From contig MU053513.1 of the NCBI GenBank assembly GCA_013239625.1, positions 888,370-915,784 of the forward strand: 27,415 bases of DNA. Reading direction: 5' to 3'. Below are positions 23,830 through 27,415 of the stretch, piece by piece; position 1 is the stretch's first letter; the number at the start of each line of letters is the position of its first letter. The position numbers were made by a program, and so were the translations under genes. Source of the DNA: Lama guanicoe. Taxonomy: Eukaryota. The notes below the pieces were generated by a model that saw nothing but the letters and a program-made list of their open reading frames with translations, did no database searches and was not told the origin of the DNA.

Positions 23830-24660
23830 TCTTGAGCTCCATCTTGTGATTAAATAATTTATGGCTTCACACTTGACTATCCAACAGTGGTTACTCCCAT
23901 CCGAATGCTCTAAAGGCACCTCAGTCTCTCCATGTCCCAGTGTGAGCTCACTCTCTTAGCCCCAAAGGAAGCCCCCCTTCTGCTTCCTCTCTCTCCAGCC
24001 AACTCACGTCTAGTCACTCTCCAAGTCATAGTAATATTTTAAACATTATTTTATTATGAAAAATTCCAAAGACACAAAAGTAAAGATACTCATATAAAGA
24101 TATGCATGTAGTCATTATCCAGATGACACAATTTTCAATTCATGCCTAATGTAGTTTAACTCTATCTGCTTTCCTTTCTCGCCCCAGATCCCTGACTTTT
24201 AATACCTCATCATTTCTAAAATATAGCCCAACCCCCTCCTTTCTCCTGGACTCTTGGGTTAGTTATTCATCTCTGACAGGGTGTGGCAAGCCTACCTGGA
24301 TCTTAGCTCATTTTCCTTGTATTTCAAAAACTTGTTTTGAAAATCAAATATGATCAGTTTTTTTCCACTATATAAAATCTGATGATGACCATCCTCTACC
24401 CACTGAATTTAGTCTGAAATTCTTAGCGTCTGGCTAATGCATCCTTTTCTGCAAATAACCTTCACCCTTTTATCTGGAAAACTTGCAGAGGAAACCGTCT
24501 CTTCTCTGAGTTACTTCTGTCCTGTTAAATACCTCATGTATTTATTACACACACTCCGTTCTAATCATTTGGGGTTTGTCTGGTTTCCCCCAGCAGCCGT
24601 AGATCCTGTATATTACAGGCTGTGTGTATGCCTTTGTTCTTGCAGTGCTCAAGTCTCTGC
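23830..24660 (+). mobile_element. L2 fragment, interrupted at about 24035-24185
   Basis: AATGCTCTAAAGGCACCTCAGTCTCTCCATGTCCCAGTGTGAGCTCA, TTTTGAAAATCAAATATGATCA and AGTCTGAAATTCTTAGC. Confidence 0.65.
24035..24185 (-). mobile_element. L1MC4/5-like 3' end fragment
   Basis: TTTTATTATGAAAAATTCCAAAGACACAAAAGTAAAGA...CATGTAGTCATTATCCAGAT matches the recalled antisense terminus. Confidence 0.6.
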
Positions 24661-25663
24661 ATTAGACGTGAGCCAGGAAGAATTTTTGCTGCAAGAATGC
24701 TAAATCTTCCTCTTTACTAACAGTTTTTGATCATTTTTTAAAAATTTCTCTTCTATTTAACTGTATTATAATGAATTTTTCCAGTGACATCCTAATCTAA
24801 ATATTTATTTTATAATCCCACAAGACTCTAAATATAGAGTCACAGAGTGTGGGTATACAGTACTGATCATTGATTTAAACAGTGAAAATCAGAGCACAGA
24901 AGAACAGGCTCCTGTTCTCCTGCATTATACTCACTCAAAGAAACTTTCTCCTGGAAAATTAATAATTATGAGGCTGGACACTGGAAAGTTTAAGGCGATT
25001 GAAATAAGTCACATTTCTATATTACTTCACAAAGGTAATTTCTTGCCCACCTCCGTTATCTTGGGGTAAGAGAAGAGGTTACTTTCAGGTAAGTGGTATT
25101 TCATGGAACAAGATTTGAGTGCGACTATTTAGGGAATTCATCCATATTGTATATCTAGTACAGAAGATTGGGAGATAGATAAGGAAATGGTTTTATTTCC
25201 AAATTCTTCATAAGGAAGCTAAGAGGTCAAGTGCTCAAAACCATGCAACAGGAAAAGACACAAAAACCATGTCAGTCTTAGTATTTTTCTACCTATTAAT
25301 GAGTTATCCTAAACTTAGAATATACTGTAGTCAAATGACATATTGGTATATTAATTTATTTTTTGAAACACAGTCAGGTGATATGAAGTGGTTCATTTTC
25401 TTGGACTCTGACCAATCCCTCAGACCCAGAGAATTCTTTTTCTCTGTATTTTTGCATATCCTTTTTTTTTTACAGCTATAGACCACAAGGGATTCAATCT
25501 TCATCATTCTCTATATTACCAATAACTGATCTGAGAGCACAATTCCTTTTAAAGTTAATATAAACTTCTCCCAGTATGCTGTGGAGGGAGTCAAATTTTG
25601 AGGTAAAAATTGAAACTTTTATTTTAATAAGAACTCAATTATATGCCCGTATGTTAACTTGCT

Positions 25664-25800
25664 TTAGAATGTGAACTCTGACAGCAGGGCACAGAGCCTG
25701 ACTTTTTGATTAATTTCTACTTATTTCCCAGTATAGATATCTTCACATTTGGGAACTGGGAAACTTCATAAATATTTGAGTAACTGAATGATTGAATCAA
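25664..25800 (+). mobile_element. L2 3' terminus
   Basis: TTAGAATGTGAACTCT..CAGGGCACAG...ATAAATATTTGAGTAACTGAATGATTGAAT. Confidence 0.7.
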
Positions 25801-27164
25801 ACTCAATATGAGTGAAGTCGTTTTCTTTAACTTGATTTAGATGCTTGTGTTCAATTTGTGAGCTGTCCTCGGGTAATTTTGATAAACTAGTATAATTGAG
25901 TTTGGATGCAGACATAGACATATATGTTTACTTTCTGGGTATATATGTACATGTAGTCATCTAGAATTGTGGAATACCTCTGAATACAGAATAGATAAAT
26001 TAATAATTAAATATACACATGTTAATAAAGTATTAATTCTTCAGCATTTTATAGAATGGCCATTCATAATTTCTCCTACTTTATTATCATACTTCCACAA
26101 ATTTTTACTCAAATACCCATATGCTTTAGTTAGGGGTGACAGGTGCATAGCCAAATGCTAAATCTGGAAAAAAGAAAAGAGTTATTTTAAATATGCTTTT
26201 TTAAATTTAAAAAATTTAAATACTCTAAATGAGGTGTGTACTTCCCTATATCATAGCCACGCCACCTTCTGTTGTCTGGCACCTGGTGAAGTCAGACTTC
26301 TAGTTACCCACCTGCCGGACCCAAACAAGCTTTTGAGAGCTCAGCCTTTGCACGTACGTGTCTCCAAGCTGTTGGCCTCTAGCAGGAGCTCAAAACTCTT
26401 TTCTTGCTGCTCTGCTTTTCTCCTCATCCGAGAATAAATCACATGCTGGGAATGAGAATTTACAAGGGGGACAAGGGATCAGAACTCAAAATGTCAGAGA
26501 GGTGCTTATGGTAAAGTGCAAAGAGGTCTGATGCCATAACATGAAAAAATATTAGGTGTGAGGCCTGGCCGAGCTTTGCTCGAGACATTAGAGAAAATGA
26601 TCTTGCGTCTCACGGACTGACTGGGTTTTCTCATGAACTGTTTTTTCCAAGCAAACCCAAAAGTAGAGATTTGAGTGTGTGCTCAGAGTGAAAGGCACGG
26701 TAGGTGCTGCTTGCTTCCTTTGTTTTAGGGACCGGCCTGCCTCTGACACAGGGTCCTACCAGTCTTACTATGAGATAGACCTGAATAGGAAGGCAGCCAC
26801 GTAGTAATGAAGAGCTCGCATTTGTTGAGCTTGGGACCTCATGGGAACAGTCAAGGCCAGGTCTCAAATATCTGACAGTCTGTTTCCAGAGACCTATCGT
26901 AAGTAAATTGGTTTTTTTTTTCTGCATTATAAAGTGAAATAATGCCATTGTATTGAAGTATTGGGTAACTTTTAATAACATGGAATAATTCTTAGTAAAA
27001 TAAAGCTTACTATAAAGGTATGGTGTAACATAAGCCATGTACAAAAGTGGAGATTCTGCATCCTCCAAGTTATCTTTCAAATGGAGGTGCCTCAAAGGAT
27101 GAGAGATTATCTTTGTGTAATAACATTGCAAATAAGTTTTCTTTCTTTTTTTCAGTGCCCTTTC

Positions 27165-27245
27165 AATAAATTATAATTAATTTATATTATAATTATTATT
27201 ATTATATATAATTATATAGCATTAAATTATTAGAATTTTTAAAAA
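27165..27245. repeat. AT-rich low-complexity tract
   Basis: Nearly pure A/T with (TTA)/(TA) units. Confidence 0.85.
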
Positions 27246-27281
27246 TGAATTTTGGGGAAACTAATGTGGCTCTTTTTTTGT

Positions 27282-27415
27282 ATTTATTCCCAGATATTTT
27301 ATTACTTTGGGTGCTATTTTAAAGGGGATTGTTTCTTTGCTTTCTTTTTCTGTTGATTTATCGTTAGTGTAAAGAAAGGCAACTGATTTTTGAACATTAA
27401 TTTTGTAACCTGCTA
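27282..27415 (-). mobile_element. Young L1 ORF2 reverse-transcriptase segment, runs off the window end
   Basis: Hand translation of 27413..27282(-) is open: AGYKINVQKSVAFLYTNDKSTEKESKETIPFKIAPKVIKYLGIN, the L1 RT 'GYKINVQKS..FLYTN...KYLGI' motif. Confidence 0.95.

Noticed and set aside
25086..25094. Consensus splice donor CAGGTAAGT (similar at about 21091 on + and about 8700 on -)
   Set aside because: No convincing acceptor with a recognisable coding frame; isolated donors are frequent by chance, though a non-coding exon cannot be excluded
26631..27131. Longest ORF (166 aa, minus strand)
   Set aside because: Non-ATG start, no recognisable domain, and composition typical of translated non-coding DNA; one such ORF is plausible by chance in 27 kb
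1..27415. CRISPR array, operon or other prokaryotic/novel system
   Set aside because: The sequence is mammalian repeat-rich DNA with no regularly spaced repeats or dense coding

Overview
AT-rich, CpG-poor mammalian genomic DNA. It is probably camelid, judged from two cetartiodactyl-type L1 3' ends, a tRNA-Ala-derived retroposon head, and no recognisable Alu, Bov-tA/A2, PRE-1 or CAN-SINE. I cannot support any protein-coding exon, and the window reads as intronic or intergenic. The short ORFs fall in repeats or microsatellites, or look like noise. Roughly half the window is interspersed repeats: ancient L1M fragments (nested, one apparently 5'-inverted), L2, MIR, MER58, an MLT1 LTR, an ERV1 solo LTR and three younger L1 pieces. 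The most notable observations are a TSD-flanked tailless tRNA-Ala 5'-half retrocopy (7782-7824), an apparent ancient twin-primed L1 (2560-7490), a young L1 whose RT frame stops at an internal AATAAA/A7 (27273-27415), and several candidate enhancers, including a MEIS + PBX-HOX site pair (12703-12731). I found no convincing previously undescribed biological system. Repeat family names come from recalled consensus sequences, not a database search, and boundaries of old repeats are approximate.
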